Positions 46,777-59,095 of a DNA stretch of 64,000 nt are shown here, in pieces. The notes below the pieces were generated by a model. It did not search any database, was not told the DNA's origin, and was given only the letters and a program-made list of their open reading frames with translations. The stretch's first letter is position 1. Each line of letters opens with the position of its first letter. Origin of the DNA: Tubulanus polymorphus (lineage: Eukaryota; Animalia; Nemertea); contig NW_027437431.1 of assembly GCF_964204645.1 (NCBI RefSeq), positions 1-64,000 of the forward strand, given 5' to 3'. The position numbers and the translations under genes were made by a program.

Positions 46777-48180
46777 ATGGGAACTAAGTCGAGAAACTGG
46801 TCGTTCACAACCGACAATCGAGCAGAAGTCTGCCTCGAAAGTCAAATCGGAACGTCAACAGTAACCGTACACATAGGTCCGCAAGAAGATCCGGACGGTT
46901 ACGCGCACGGAGTAATAATAACGTTAGCCAAAGGTACGCAACGACCGTTGAAACAGAGCGAAAACGCGATTAGACAACTGTTACACTCGCTAGGCATTAG
47001 ATTAGTTAACGACTACATCAAACCGACGGAAAAATTAGGCGCCTACATTCAATACATGTACAAAGAAGCCGACAAAATACCGGAAGAATTACGAGGTCAC
47101 TTGGAGGTGAAAAACTCGAAAACGAACGACGACTTTTTCGGCCAAAAGATAAACGCGTTATACGCGGAATACCAACAAAGACCGGGACTAGCCGATTGGA
47201 CGGCGAGAATAGTGAAGGAGTTCGGTTACAACGTACCCGAACTGAAAGTGAAAAGATCGTTTAAAAATTGGCCGGTAAGGGTAAAAGATATTACGAGAAA
47301 CGCGGGTGACTTTGCGTTGAAAATGACGGACATAACAGAGCCGAAATTGACGCCGGAAATGGGAGTAGAAATTATAACGAAATGCCTGGATAACGTTCAA
47401 TCGGCGATGTGGGATGGTAAACATATAAATAAACGTGACCTGCTGGTAATATTGGTGAACGCGGCGATCGAGGGAGGTACGAGTAAAATCAGAAACGCGC
47501 CTCATATAATATTTTACGGAGATGCCGGGTCTGGTAAATCGATGTTGGCTAAATTATTGTTCCCGGATTCGATTACGAGCCAAATGCCGACGGATTCGGA
47601 AGGCGTAGGAGCGTGCGAGATGGGAGGAGGACAACGTATATTCAAAGTCGACGACGCCAGCGACGCTTTTTGGCACAACTCGGGGTTGTTGTCGATGATA
47701 CTCGCGATGTACCAGTCCACCTGGGAGGCAAAAGTACATTCTAGTAAACAAAGTAACCCGCCGTGTATGACGGTAATTACGACGAATTGTAAGAATCCGT
47801 TAGAGAAGTTCGCCTCTACAGTAGCTTTGGAAGCTGTGGAAAGGAGATTCTTGTCGGTGTATTTCAAAGGTAAAGCAGATTTGGGAAACGTAGTTTACGA
47901 CATTACGCCGGGCGTATGCGAAGAAATATTAGAAATAATAGTTAACGAAATTAGACAAGGTAGATATCTGGACAACCAAGTCCACTTGGACGACTGGGAA
48001 ACGGATGATGACGTGGTGATACCGTTCGAAAAAGAAAGAAACTTCATCGAAGCGTACCACGTAGGTCACATGTCGGACGCGATGCATCAGAATATGGAGG
48101 AAAGGTTAAAACGTAAACGTAAAGAAGAAGACGATACGAATGAAACTCTTAAGTTCGCTAAACGCGGGGAAATCCTGTAG
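46777..48180 (+). CDS. rep: Rep (HUH + SF3 helicase), copy 3
   Basis: Translation identical to copy 1. Confidence 0.85.
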   Translation: MGTKSRNWSFTTDNRAEVCLESQIGTSTVTVHIGPQEDPDGYAHGVIITLAKGTQRPLKQSENAIRQLLHSLGIRLVNDYIKPTEKLGAYIQYMYKEADKIPEELRGHLEVKNSKTNDDFFGQKINALYAEYQQRPGLADWTARIVKEFGYNVPELKVKRSFKNWPVRVKDITRNAGDFALKMTDITEPKLTPEMGVEIITKCLDNVQSAMWDGKHINKRDLLVILVNAAIEGGTSKIRNAPHIIFYGDAGSGKSMLAKLLFPDSITSQMPTDSEGVGACEMGGGQRIFKVDDASDAFWHNSGLLSMILAMYQSTWEAKVHSSKQSNPPCMTVITTNCKNPLEKFASTVALEAVERRFLSVYFKGKADLGNVVYDITPGVCEEILEIIVNEIRQGRYLDNQVHLDDWETDDDVVIPFEKERNFIEAYHVGHMSDAMHQNMEERLKRKRKEEDDTNETLKFAKRGEIL

Positions 48181-48877
48181 TTGGCAATGTAAATAAATCT
48201 ATAAATAGAATTCTATAAATTTCTCAATTCGTTACTACCAGTGGACCCGCAGACCCGCGGACCCACTGGCTGTTCGTTTTTCATGGTCTACCCCCCCTTA
48301 TATATATAATAAGGAAAGAGAAGGAGGGTCCGCGGGTCCGCGGGTCTGCGGTATTCTCTAAACCGAGAATCGAAAAGTTAATGAAACTAGGTCGGAAAGA
48401 TAACAAATTATTATTCAATATATCCTAAAGCTTCTACGAGGTTGGTCACGCGCTCGCTACGCTCGCCAGCGTGACACAACCTCGTGGACGCTCCAAAGAT
48501 AATGAGTATGTGCTTGATAATGAGTGAATTAATTGGGAACCCTATAGCGGGTAAAAGGTAAGAAGTAGAAATTATAGGGTTAGGGGTTATCATTATACTC
48601 GGATGCCCACAGCCCGTGGTGGTCTGTGACAGTGGAGGTTAGTTAAAGTTCGAGGCGTGTGACTAGTCGGGGGGAATAACATAGGCGGCTACGCCGCGAT
48701 AGTTAGTCGGCAAGGTCGGCTGCGCCTCCGGCGGTACAGATTACATCTGAGTGTATTAGTCTACCAACGGAAGCCCAAACCCTAAATAATATTAGTCGGA
48801 AAAATCTGAGTTAGAGGGTCGCAACCGGTTCAAACAATTTAACATCTCATACAGGTGACTCGTACTTTTAGTATCAA

Positions 48878-49960
48878 ATGCCATCGTTGAAACGGAGGCG
48901 AAACGGATTTACATTGCCCGGTTTACCACATTGCGGTCCATTCAACGATATATCCAGTTACAAAAGCGAAGGAATAGACGAAGTGTGCCGTATTCACGAC
49001 AAAGAGTACGGAGAACTGCAAGAGAAATACGGTAAATGGGCTCCGTACTTCCAGTACAATTCAGCGGATCAGACATTTTTGGACAGTGCTTCGGGTGTGA
49101 ACGGTGTAGGTGCGAGACTAACGTCGAGTGTATTCAGAGCAAAACGGGCGTTATTTCCAACAATGGCGGAAGAACCGGCATTAAAAAGATCAAAGAGAAC
49201 GGCGGAAACGGGGAGCGAAGAAGGGAACGCCCAACAAATGATGACTCACATGACGGAAAAGCCGTCACTACACTATAAGAGCGTGTTAATACATAGAGGT
49301 TACCTAACGTTTACGAATTGGGATCCGGACCAGGCGTACGGAGCATTCGGAAGAAAAGCGAAGATTTACTGTTCGGGAATGAGAACGTTTAACTTCGGAT
49401 TAAAAGAAAGAGAAGGATGGAGAAGATTTCCAGCCAGCATGGATACCATAGGGATGTGGGATCAATTCAAAGTGACTTCGGGTAAAATAACGTTATACCC
49501 CATAGCGAGCGAAAGCGCGGTAAGCTCTGATTCGAACGCGTTCCAAGATCCGATAGTATGGTTAAAGACGGCAGCCGATTGGGACTTGAAAGTGAAAGAC
49601 TCGGCCGCCAATACTCACCAGGGATCGCCGTACGCCGATATAAATTTATTAACTCAAAAGCAAAGCTACAGGCAATACGAATTAGGTCGGGGATGCGTTA
49701 GCATGGGATTACCCATGTCGACCATAAGAACCGAAATACAAGACACGAGTGACCCGACAGACGTTACCAGATCGGTGAATATCGGGGATAACTCGGCGTG
49801 GTTAGACGGAGCGTACCGCGATCATTGGCAATCAGCCGCGCTCATTATGCAAATGTTAGTGTACAACGATTCGATACACGCGGATTTAAACACGCCCCAT
49901 ACAGAAATTATCGTTCCAGCGGAAGTGGAGTTTACGATGATTCATAGAAACAGAGTATAA
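48878..49960 (+). CDS. PLA2-capsid, copy 4
   Basis: Translation identical to copy 1. Confidence 0.8.
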   Translation: MPSLKRRRNGFTLPGLPHCGPFNDISSYKSEGIDEVCRIHDKEYGELQEKYGKWAPYFQYNSADQTFLDSASGVNGVGARLTSSVFRAKRALFPTMAEEPALKRSKRTAETGSEEGNAQQMMTHMTEKPSLHYKSVLIHRGYLTFTNWDPDQAYGAFGRKAKIYCSGMRTFNFGLKEREGWRRFPASMDTIGMWDQFKVTSGKITLYPIASESAVSSDSNAFQDPIVWLKTAADWDLKVKDSAANTHQGSPYADINLLTQKQSYRQYELGRGCVSMGLPMSTIRTEIQDTSDPTDVTRSVNIGDNSAWLDGAYRDHWQSAALIMQMLVYNDSIHADLNTPHTEIIVPAEVEFTMIHRNRV

Positions 49961-50182
49961 TATGATAATAACTTTCCTATTCTTGGCATCCGGTTTCCTA
50001 CACGAGTACAAGTGGCACGTATATACTAAACGTATCATGAGTAGAACGCAACGATTCATGAAAATAAGAGACGAAGTGGCGAACGAGTGGGTCATCAAAC
50101 ACGACGTCAACGAAAATCGGGTACTAAGGGAACAACACATTACAGAAGTAGCGAAAAGGATATTCTACTACCGGGAAAAACA

Positions 50183-51586
50183 ATGGGAACTAAGTCGAGA
50201 AACTGGTCGTTCACAACCGACAATCGAGCAGAAGTCTGCCTCGAAAGTCAAATCGGAACGTCAACAGTAACCGTACACATAGGTCCGCAAGAAGATCCGG
50301 ACGGTTACGCGCACGGAGTAATAATAACGTTAGCCAAAGGTACGCAACGACCGTTGAAACAGAGCGAAAACGCGATTAGACAACTGTTACACTCGCTAGG
50401 CATTAGATTAGTTAACGACTACATCAAACCGACGGAAAAATTAGGCGCCTACATTCAATACATGTACAAAGAAGCCGACAAAATACCGGAAGAATTACGA
50501 GGTCACTTGGAGGTGAAAAACTCGAAAACGAACGACGACTTTTTCGGCCAAAAGATAAACGCGTTATACGCGGAATACCAACAAAGACCGGGACTAGCCG
50601 ATTGGACGGCGAGAATAGTGAAGGAGTTCGGTTACAACGTACCCGAACTGAAAGTGAAAAGATCGTTTAAAAATTGGCCGGTAAGGGTAAAAGATATTAC
50701 GAGAAACGCGGGTGACTTTGCGTTGAAAATGACGGACATAACAGAGCCGAAATTGACGCCGGAAATGGGAGTAGAAATTATAACGAAATGCCTGGATAAC
50801 GTTCAATCGGCGATGTGGGATGGTAAACATATAAATAAACGTGACCTGCTGGTAATATTGGTGAACGCGGCGATCGAGGGAGGTACGAGTAAAATCAGAA
50901 ACGCGCCTCATATAATATTTTACGGAGATGCCGGGTCTGGTAAATCGATGTTGGCTAAATTATTGTTCCCGGATTCGATTACGAGCCAAATGCCGACGGA
51001 TTCGGAAGGCGTAGGAGCGTGCGAGATGGGAGGAGGACAACGTATATTCAAAGTCGACGACGCCAGCGACGCTTTTTGGCACAACTCGGGGTTGTTGTCG
51101 ATGATACTCGCGATGTACCAGTCCACCTGGGAGGCAAAAGTACATTCTAGTAAACAAAGTAACCCGCCGTGTATGACGGTAATTACGACGAATTGTAAGA
51201 ATCCGTTAGAGAAGTTCGCCTCTACAGTAGCTTTGGAAGCTGTGGAAAGGAGATTCTTGTCGGTGTATTTCAAAGGTAAAGCAGATTTGGGAAACGTAGT
51301 TTACGACATTACGCCGGGCGTATGCGAAGAAATATTAGAAATAATAGTTAACGAAATTAGACAAGGTAGATATCTGGACAACCAAGTCCACTTGGACGAC
51401 TGGGAAACGGATGATGACGTGGTGATACCGTTCGAAAAAGAAAGAAACTTCATCGAAGCGTACCACGTAGGTCACATGTCGGACGCGATGCATCAGAATA
51501 TGGAGGAAAGGTTAAAACGTAAACGTAAAGAAGAAGACGATACGAATGAAACTCTTAAGTTCGCTAAACGCGGGGAAATCCTGTAG
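50183..51586 (+). CDS. rep: Rep (HUH + SF3 helicase), copy 4
   Basis: Translation identical to copy 1. Confidence 0.85.
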   Translation: MGTKSRNWSFTTDNRAEVCLESQIGTSTVTVHIGPQEDPDGYAHGVIITLAKGTQRPLKQSENAIRQLLHSLGIRLVNDYIKPTEKLGAYIQYMYKEADKIPEELRGHLEVKNSKTNDDFFGQKINALYAEYQQRPGLADWTARIVKEFGYNVPELKVKRSFKNWPVRVKDITRNAGDFALKMTDITEPKLTPEMGVEIITKCLDNVQSAMWDGKHINKRDLLVILVNAAIEGGTSKIRNAPHIIFYGDAGSGKSMLAKLLFPDSITSQMPTDSEGVGACEMGGGQRIFKVDDASDAFWHNSGLLSMILAMYQSTWEAKVHSSKQSNPPCMTVITTNCKNPLEKFASTVALEAVERRFLSVYFKGKADLGNVVYDITPGVCEEILEIIVNEIRQGRYLDNQVHLDDWETDDDVVIPFEKERNFIEAYHVGHMSDAMHQNMEERLKRKRKEEDDTNETLKFAKRGEIL

Positions 51587-52283
51587 TTGGCAATGTAAAT
51601 AAATCTATAAATAGAATTCTATAAATTTCTCAATTCGTTACTACCAGTGGACCCGCAGACCCGCGGACCCACTGGCTGTTCGTTTTTCATGGTCTACCCC
51701 CCCTTATATATATAATAAGGAAAGAGAAGGAGGGTCCGCGGGTCCGCGGGTCTGCGGTATTCTCTAAACCGAGAATCGAAAAGTTAATGAAACTAGGTCG
51801 GAAAGATAACAAATTATTATTCAATATATCCTAAAGCTTCTACGAGGTTGGTCACGCGCTCGCTACGCTCGCCAGCGTGACACAACCTCGTGGACGCTCC
51901 AAAGATAATGAGTATGTGCTTGATAATGAGTGAATTAATTGGGAACCCTATAGCGGGTAAAAGGTAAGAAGTAGAAATTATAGGGTTAGGGGTTATCATT
52001 ATACTCGGATGCCCACAGCCCGTGGTGGTCTGTGACAGTGGAGGTTAGTTAAAGTTCGAGGCGTGTGACTAGTCGGGGGGAATAACATAGGCGGCTACGC
52101 CGCGATAGTTAGTCGGCAAGGTCGGCTGCGCCTCCGGCGGTACAGATTACATCTGAGTGTATTAGTCTACCAACGGAAGCCCAAACCCTAAATAATATTA
52201 GTCGGAAAAATCTGAGTTAGAGGGTCGCAACCGGTTCAAACAATTTAACATCTCATACAGGTGACTCGTACTTTTAGTATCAA

Positions 52284-53366
52284 ATGCCATCGTTGAAACG
52301 GAGGCGAAACGGATTTACATTGCCCGGTTTACCACATTGCGGTCCATTCAACGATATATCCAGTTACAAAAGCGAAGGAATAGACGAAGTGTGCCGTATT
52401 CACGACAAAGAGTACGGAGAACTGCAAGAGAAATACGGTAAATGGGCTCCGTACTTCCAGTACAATTCAGCGGATCAGACATTTTTGGACAGTGCTTCGG
52501 GTGTGAACGGTGTAGGTGCGAGACTAACGTCGAGTGTATTCAGAGCAAAACGGGCGTTATTTCCAACAATGGCGGAAGAACCGGCATTAAAAAGATCAAA
52601 GAGAACGGCGGAAACGGGGAGCGAAGAAGGGAACGCCCAACAAATGATGACTCACATGACGGAAAAGCCGTCACTACACTATAAGAGCGTGTTAATACAT
52701 AGAGGTTACCTAACGTTTACGAATTGGGATCCGGACCAGGCGTACGGAGCATTCGGAAGAAAAGCGAAGATTTACTGTTCGGGAATGAGAACGTTTAACT
52801 TCGGATTAAAAGAAAGAGAAGGATGGAGAAGATTTCCAGCCAGCATGGATACCATAGGGATGTGGGATCAATTCAAAGTGACTTCGGGTAAAATAACGTT
52901 ATACCCCATAGCGAGCGAAAGCGCGGTAAGCTCTGATTCGAACGCGTTCCAAGATCCGATAGTATGGTTAAAGACGGCAGCCGATTGGGACTTGAAAGTG
53001 AAAGACTCGGCCGCCAATACTCACCAGGGATCGCCGTACGCCGATATAAATTTATTAACTCAAAAGCAAAGCTACAGGCAATACGAATTAGGTCGGGGAT
53101 GCGTTAGCATGGGATTACCCATGTCGACCATAAGAACCGAAATACAAGACACGAGTGACCCGACAGACGTTACCAGATCGGTGAATATCGGGGATAACTC
53201 GGCGTGGTTAGACGGAGCGTACCGCGATCATTGGCAATCAGCCGCGCTCATTATGCAAATGTTAGTGTACAACGATTCGATACACGCGGATTTAAACACG
53301 CCCCATACAGAAATTATCGTTCCAGCGGAAGTGGAGTTTACGATGATTCATAGAAACAGAGTATAA
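52284..53366 (+). CDS. PLA2-capsid, copy 5
   Basis: Translation identical to copy 1. Confidence 0.8.
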   Translation: MPSLKRRRNGFTLPGLPHCGPFNDISSYKSEGIDEVCRIHDKEYGELQEKYGKWAPYFQYNSADQTFLDSASGVNGVGARLTSSVFRAKRALFPTMAEEPALKRSKRTAETGSEEGNAQQMMTHMTEKPSLHYKSVLIHRGYLTFTNWDPDQAYGAFGRKAKIYCSGMRTFNFGLKEREGWRRFPASMDTIGMWDQFKVTSGKITLYPIASESAVSSDSNAFQDPIVWLKTAADWDLKVKDSAANTHQGSPYADINLLTQKQSYRQYELGRGCVSMGLPMSTIRTEIQDTSDPTDVTRSVNIGDNSAWLDGAYRDHWQSAALIMQMLVYNDSIHADLNTPHTEIIVPAEVEFTMIHRNRV

Positions 53367-53588
53367 TATGATAATAACTTTCCTATTCTTGGCATCCGGT
53401 TTCCTACACGAGTACAAGTGGCACGTATATACTAAACGTATCATGAGTAGAACGCAACGATTCATGAAAATAAGAGACGAAGTGGCGAACGAGTGGGTCA
53501 TCAAACACGACGTCAACGAAAATCGGGTACTAAGGGAACAACACATTACAGAAGTAGCGAAAAGGATATTCTACTACCGGGAAAAACA

Positions 53589-54992
53589 ATGGGAACTAAG
53601 TCGAGAAACTGGTCGTTCACAACCGACAATCGAGCAGAAGTCTGCCTCGAAAGTCAAATCGGAACGTCAACAGTAACCGTACACATAGGTCCGCAAGAAG
53701 ATCCGGACGGTTACGCGCACGGAGTAATAATAACGTTAGCCAAAGGTACGCAACGACCGTTGAAACAGAGCGAAAACGCGATTAGACAACTGTTACACTC
53801 GCTAGGCATTAGATTAGTTAACGACTACATCAAACCGACGGAAAAATTAGGCGCCTACATTCAATACATGTACAAAGAAGCCGACAAAATACCGGAAGAA
53901 TTACGAGGTCACTTGGAGGTGAAAAACTCGAAAACGAACGACGACTTTTTCGGCCAAAAGATAAACGCGTTATACGCGGAATACCAACAAAGACCGGGAC
54001 TAGCCGATTGGACGGCGAGAATAGTGAAGGAGTTCGGTTACAACGTACCCGAACTGAAAGTGAAAAGATCGTTTAAAAATTGGCCGGTAAGGGTAAAAGA
54101 TATTACGAGAAACGCGGGTGACTTTGCGTTGAAAATGACGGACATAACAGAGCCGAAATTGACGCCGGAAATGGGAGTAGAAATTATAACGAAATGCCTG
54201 GATAACGTTCAATCGGCGATGTGGGATGGTAAACATATAAATAAACGTGACCTGCTGGTAATATTGGTGAACGCGGCGATCGAGGGAGGTACGAGTAAAA
54301 TCAGAAACGCGCCTCATATAATATTTTACGGAGATGCCGGGTCTGGTAAATCGATGTTGGCTAAATTATTGTTCCCGGATTCGATTACGAGCCAAATGCC
54401 GACGGATTCGGAAGGCGTAGGAGCGTGCGAGATGGGAGGAGGACAACGTATATTCAAAGTCGACGACGCCAGCGACGCTTTTTGGCACAACTCGGGGTTG
54501 TTGTCGATGATACTCGCGATGTACCAGTCCACCTGGGAGGCAAAAGTACATTCTAGTAAACAAAGTAACCCGCCGTGTATGACGGTAATTACGACGAATT
54601 GTAAGAATCCGTTAGAGAAGTTCGCCTCTACAGTAGCTTTGGAAGCTGTGGAAAGGAGATTCTTGTCGGTGTATTTCAAAGGTAAAGCAGATTTGGGAAA
54701 CGTAGTTTACGACATTACGCCGGGCGTATGCGAAGAAATATTAGAAATAATAGTTAACGAAATTAGACAAGGTAGATATCTGGACAACCAAGTCCACTTG
54801 GACGACTGGGAAACGGATGATGACGTGGTGATACCGTTCGAAAAAGAAAGAAACTTCATCGAAGCGTACCACGTAGGTCACATGTCGGACGCGATGCATC
54901 AGAATATGGAGGAAAGGTTAAAACGTAAACGTAAAGAAGAAGACGATACGAATGAAACTCTTAAGTTCGCTAAACGCGGGGAAATCCTGTAG
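53589..54992 (+). CDS. rep: Rep (HUH + SF3 helicase), copy 5
   Basis: Translation identical to copy 1. Confidence 0.85.
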   Translation: MGTKSRNWSFTTDNRAEVCLESQIGTSTVTVHIGPQEDPDGYAHGVIITLAKGTQRPLKQSENAIRQLLHSLGIRLVNDYIKPTEKLGAYIQYMYKEADKIPEELRGHLEVKNSKTNDDFFGQKINALYAEYQQRPGLADWTARIVKEFGYNVPELKVKRSFKNWPVRVKDITRNAGDFALKMTDITEPKLTPEMGVEIITKCLDNVQSAMWDGKHINKRDLLVILVNAAIEGGTSKIRNAPHIIFYGDAGSGKSMLAKLLFPDSITSQMPTDSEGVGACEMGGGQRIFKVDDASDAFWHNSGLLSMILAMYQSTWEAKVHSSKQSNPPCMTVITTNCKNPLEKFASTVALEAVERRFLSVYFKGKADLGNVVYDITPGVCEEILEIIVNEIRQGRYLDNQVHLDDWETDDDVVIPFEKERNFIEAYHVGHMSDAMHQNMEERLKRKRKEEDDTNETLKFAKRGEIL

Positions 54993-55689
54993 TTGGCAAT
55001 GTAAATAAATCTATAAATAGAATTCTATAAATTTCTCAATTCGTTACTACCAGTGGACCCGCAGACCCGCGGACCCACTGGCTGTTCGTTTTTCATGGTC
55101 TACCCCCCCTTATATATATAATAAGGAAAGAGAAGGAGGGTCCGCGGGTCCGCGGGTCTGCGGTATTCTCTAAACCGAGAATCGAAAAGTTAATGAAACT
55201 AGGTCGGAAAGATAACAAATTATTATTCAATATATCCTAAAGCTTCTACGAGGTTGGTCACGCGCTCGCTACGCTCGCCAGCGTGACACAACCTCGTGGA
55301 CGCTCCAAAGATAATGAGTATGTGCTTGATAATGAGTGAATTAATTGGGAACCCTATAGCGGGTAAAAGGTAAGAAGTAGAAATTATAGGGTTAGGGGTT
55401 ATCATTATACTCGGATGCCCACAGCCCGTGGTGGTCTGTGACAGTGGAGGTTAGTTAAAGTTCGAGGCGTGTGACTAGTCGGGGGGAATAACATAGGCGG
55501 CTACGCCGCGATAGTTAGTCGGCAAGGTCGGCTGCGCATCCGGCGGTACAGATTACATCTGAGTGTATTAGTCTACCAACGGAAGCCCAAACCCTAAATA
55601 ATATTAGTCGGAAAAATCTGAGTTAGAGGGTCGCAACCGGTTCAAACAATTTAACATCTCATACAGGTGACTCGTACTTTTAGTATCAA

Positions 55690-56772
55690 ATGCCATCGTT
55701 GAAACGGAGGCGAAACGGATTTACATTGCCCGGTTTACCACATTGCGGTCCATTCAACGATATATCCAGTTACAAAAGCGAAGGAATAGACGAAGTGTGC
55801 CGTATTCACGACAAAGAGTACGGAGAACTGCAAGAGAAATACGGTAAATGGGCTCCGTACTTCCAGTACAATTCAGCGGATCAGACATTTTTGGACAGTG
55901 CTTCGGGTGTGAACGGTGTAGGTGCGAGACTAACGTCGAGTGTATTCAGAGCAAAACGGGCGTTATTTCCAACAATGGCGGAAGAACCGGCATTAAAAAG
56001 ATCAAAGAGAACGGCGGAAACGGGGAGCGAAGAAGGGAACGCCCAACAAATGATGACTCACATGACGGAAAAGCCGTCACTACACTATAAGAGCGTGTTA
56101 ATACATAGAGGTTACCTAACGTTTACGAATTGGGATCCGGACCAGGCGTACGGAGCATTCGGAAGAAAAGCGAAGATTTACTGTTCGGGAATGAGAACGT
56201 TTAACTTCGGATTAAAAGAAAGAGAAGGATGGAGAAGATTTCCAGCCAGCATGGATACCATAGGGATGTGGGATCAATTCAAAGTGACTTCGGGTAAAAT
56301 AACGTTATACCCCATAGCGAGCGAAAGCGCGGTAAGCTCTGATTCGAACGCGTTCCAAGATCCGATAGTATGGTTAAAGACGGCAGCCGATTGGGACTTG
56401 AAAGTGAAAGACTCGGCCGCCAATACTCACCAGGGATCGCCGTACGCCGATATAAATTTATTAACTCAAAAGCAAAGCTACAGGCAATACGAATTAGGTC
56501 GGGGATGCGTTAGCATGGGATTACCCATGTCGACCATAAGAACCGAAATACAAGACACGAGTGACCCGACAGACGTTACCAGATCGGTGAATATCGGGGA
56601 TAACTCGGCGTGGTTAGACGGAGCGTACCGCGATCATTGGCAATCAGCCGCGCTCATTATGCAAATGTTAGTGTACAACGATTCGATACACGCGGATTTA
56701 AACACGCCCCATACAGAAATTATCGTTCCAGCGGAAGTGGAGTTTACGATGATTCATAGAAACAGAGTATAA
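55690..56772 (+). CDS. PLA2-capsid, copy 6
   Basis: Translation identical to copy 1. Confidence 0.8.
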   Translation: MPSLKRRRNGFTLPGLPHCGPFNDISSYKSEGIDEVCRIHDKEYGELQEKYGKWAPYFQYNSADQTFLDSASGVNGVGARLTSSVFRAKRALFPTMAEEPALKRSKRTAETGSEEGNAQQMMTHMTEKPSLHYKSVLIHRGYLTFTNWDPDQAYGAFGRKAKIYCSGMRTFNFGLKEREGWRRFPASMDTIGMWDQFKVTSGKITLYPIASESAVSSDSNAFQDPIVWLKTAADWDLKVKDSAANTHQGSPYADINLLTQKQSYRQYELGRGCVSMGLPMSTIRTEIQDTSDPTDVTRSVNIGDNSAWLDGAYRDHWQSAALIMQMLVYNDSIHADLNTPHTEIIVPAEVEFTMIHRNRV

Positions 56773-56994
56773 TATGATAATAACTTTCCTATTCTTGGCA
56801 TCCGGTTTCCTACACGAGTACAAGTGGCACGTATATACTAAACGTATCATGAGTAGAACGCAACGATTCATGAAAATAAGAGACGAAGTGGCGAACGAGT
56901 GGGTCATCAAACACGACGTCAACGAAAATCGGGTACTAAGGGAACAACACATTACAGAAGTAGCGAAAAGGATATTCTACTACCGGGAAAAACA

Positions 56995-58398
56995 ATGGGA
57001 ACTAAGTCGAGAAACTGGTCGTTCACAACCGACAATCGAGCAGAAGTCTGCCTCGAAAGTCAAATCGGAACGTCAACAGTAACCGTACACATAGGTCCGC
57101 AAGAAGATCCGGACGGTTACGCGCACGGAGTAATAATAACGTTAGCCAAAGGTACGCAACGACCGTTGAAACAGAGCGAAAACGCGATTAGACAACTGTT
57201 ACACTCGCTAGGCATTAGATTAGTTAACGACTACATCAAACCGACGGAAAAATTAGGCGCCTACATTCAATACATGTACAAAGAAGCCGACAAAATACCG
57301 GAAGAATTACGAGGTCACTTGGAGGTGAAAAACTCGAAAACGAACGACGACTTTTTCGGCCAAAAGATAAACGCGTTATACGCGGAATACCAACAAAGAC
57401 CGGGACTAGCCGATTGGACGGCGAGAATAGTGAAGGAGTTCGGTTACAACGTACCCGAACTGAAAGTGAAAAGATCGTTTAAAAATTGGCCGGTAAGGGT
57501 AAAAGATATTACGAGAAACGCGGGTGACTTTGCGTTGAAAATGACGGACATAACAGAGCCGAAATTGACGCCGGAAATGGGAGTAGAAATTATAACGAAA
57601 TGCCTGGATAACGTTCAATCGGCGATGTGGGATGGTAAACATATAAATAAACGTGACCTGCTGGTAATATTGGTGAACGCGGCGATCGAGGGAGGTACGA
57701 GTAAAATCAGAAACGCGCCTCATATAATATTTTACGGAGATGCCGGGTCTGGTAAATCGATGTTGGCTAAATTATTGTTCCCGGATTCGATTACGAGCCA
57801 AATGCCGACGGATTCGGAAGGCGTAGGAGCGTGCGAGATGGGAGGAGGACAACGTATATTCAAAGTCGACGACGCCAGCGACGCTTTTTGGCACAACTCG
57901 GGGTTGTTGTCGATGATACTCGCGATGTACCAGTCCACCTGGGAGGCAAAAGTACATTCTAGTAAACAAAGTAACCCGCCGTGTATGACGGTAATTACGA
58001 CGAATTGTAAGAATCCGTTAGAGAAGTTCGCCTCTACAGTAGCTTTGGAAGCTGTGGAAAGGAGATTCTTGTCGGTGTATTTCAAAGGTAAAGCAGATTT
58101 GGGAAACGTAGTTTACGACATTACGCCGGGCGTATGCGAAGAAATATTAGAAATAATAGTTAACGAAATTAGACAAGGTAGATATCTGGACAACCAAGTC
58201 CACTTGGACGACTGGGAAACGGATGATGACGTGGTGATACCGTTCGAAAAAGAAAGAAACTTCATCGAAGCGTACCACGTAGGTCACATGTCGGACGCGA
58301 TGCATCAGAATATGGAGGAAAGGTTAAAACGTAAACGTAAAGAAGAAGACGATACGAATGAAACTCTTAAGTTCGCTAAACGCGGGGAAATCCTGTAG
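56995..58398 (+). CDS. rep: Rep (HUH + SF3 helicase), copy 6
   Basis: Translation identical to copy 1. Confidence 0.85.
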   Translation: MGTKSRNWSFTTDNRAEVCLESQIGTSTVTVHIGPQEDPDGYAHGVIITLAKGTQRPLKQSENAIRQLLHSLGIRLVNDYIKPTEKLGAYIQYMYKEADKIPEELRGHLEVKNSKTNDDFFGQKINALYAEYQQRPGLADWTARIVKEFGYNVPELKVKRSFKNWPVRVKDITRNAGDFALKMTDITEPKLTPEMGVEIITKCLDNVQSAMWDGKHINKRDLLVILVNAAIEGGTSKIRNAPHIIFYGDAGSGKSMLAKLLFPDSITSQMPTDSEGVGACEMGGGQRIFKVDDASDAFWHNSGLLSMILAMYQSTWEAKVHSSKQSNPPCMTVITTNCKNPLEKFASTVALEAVERRFLSVYFKGKADLGNVVYDITPGVCEEILEIIVNEIRQGRYLDNQVHLDDWETDDDVVIPFEKERNFIEAYHVGHMSDAMHQNMEERLKRKRKEEDDTNETLKFAKRGEIL

Positions 58399-59095
58399 TT
58401 GGCAATGTAAATAAATCTATAAATAGAATTCTATAAATTTCTCAATTCGTTACTACCAGTGGACCCGCAGACCCGCGGACCCACTGGCTGTTCGTTTTTC
58501 ATGGTCTACCCCCCCTTATATATATAATAAGGAAAGAGAAGGAGGGTCCGCGGGTCCGCGGGTCTGCGGTATTCTCTAAACCGAGAATCGAAAAGTTAAT
58601 GAAACTAGGTCGGAAAGATAACAAATTATTATTCAATATATCCTAAAGCTTCTACGAGGTTGGTCACGCGCTCGCTACGCTCGCCAGCGTGACACAACCT
58701 CGTGGACGCTCCAAAGATAATGAGTATGTGCTTGATAATGAGTGAATTAATTGGGAACCCTATAGCGGGTAAAAGGTAAGAAGTAGAAATTATAGGGTTA
58801 GGGGTTATCATTATACTCGGATGCCCACAGCCCGTGGTGGTCTGTGACAGTGGAGGTTAGTTAAAGTTCGAGGCGTGTGACTAGTCGGGGGGAATAACAT
58901 AGGCGGCTACGCCGCGATAGTTAGTCGGCAAGGTCGGCTGCGCCTCCGGCGGTACAGATTACATCTGAGTGTATTAGTCTACCAACGGAAGCCCAAACCC
59001 TAAATAATATTAGTCGGAAAAATCTGAGTTAGAGGGTCGCAACCGGTTCAAACAATTTAACATCTCATACAGGTGACTCGTACTTTTAGTATCAA

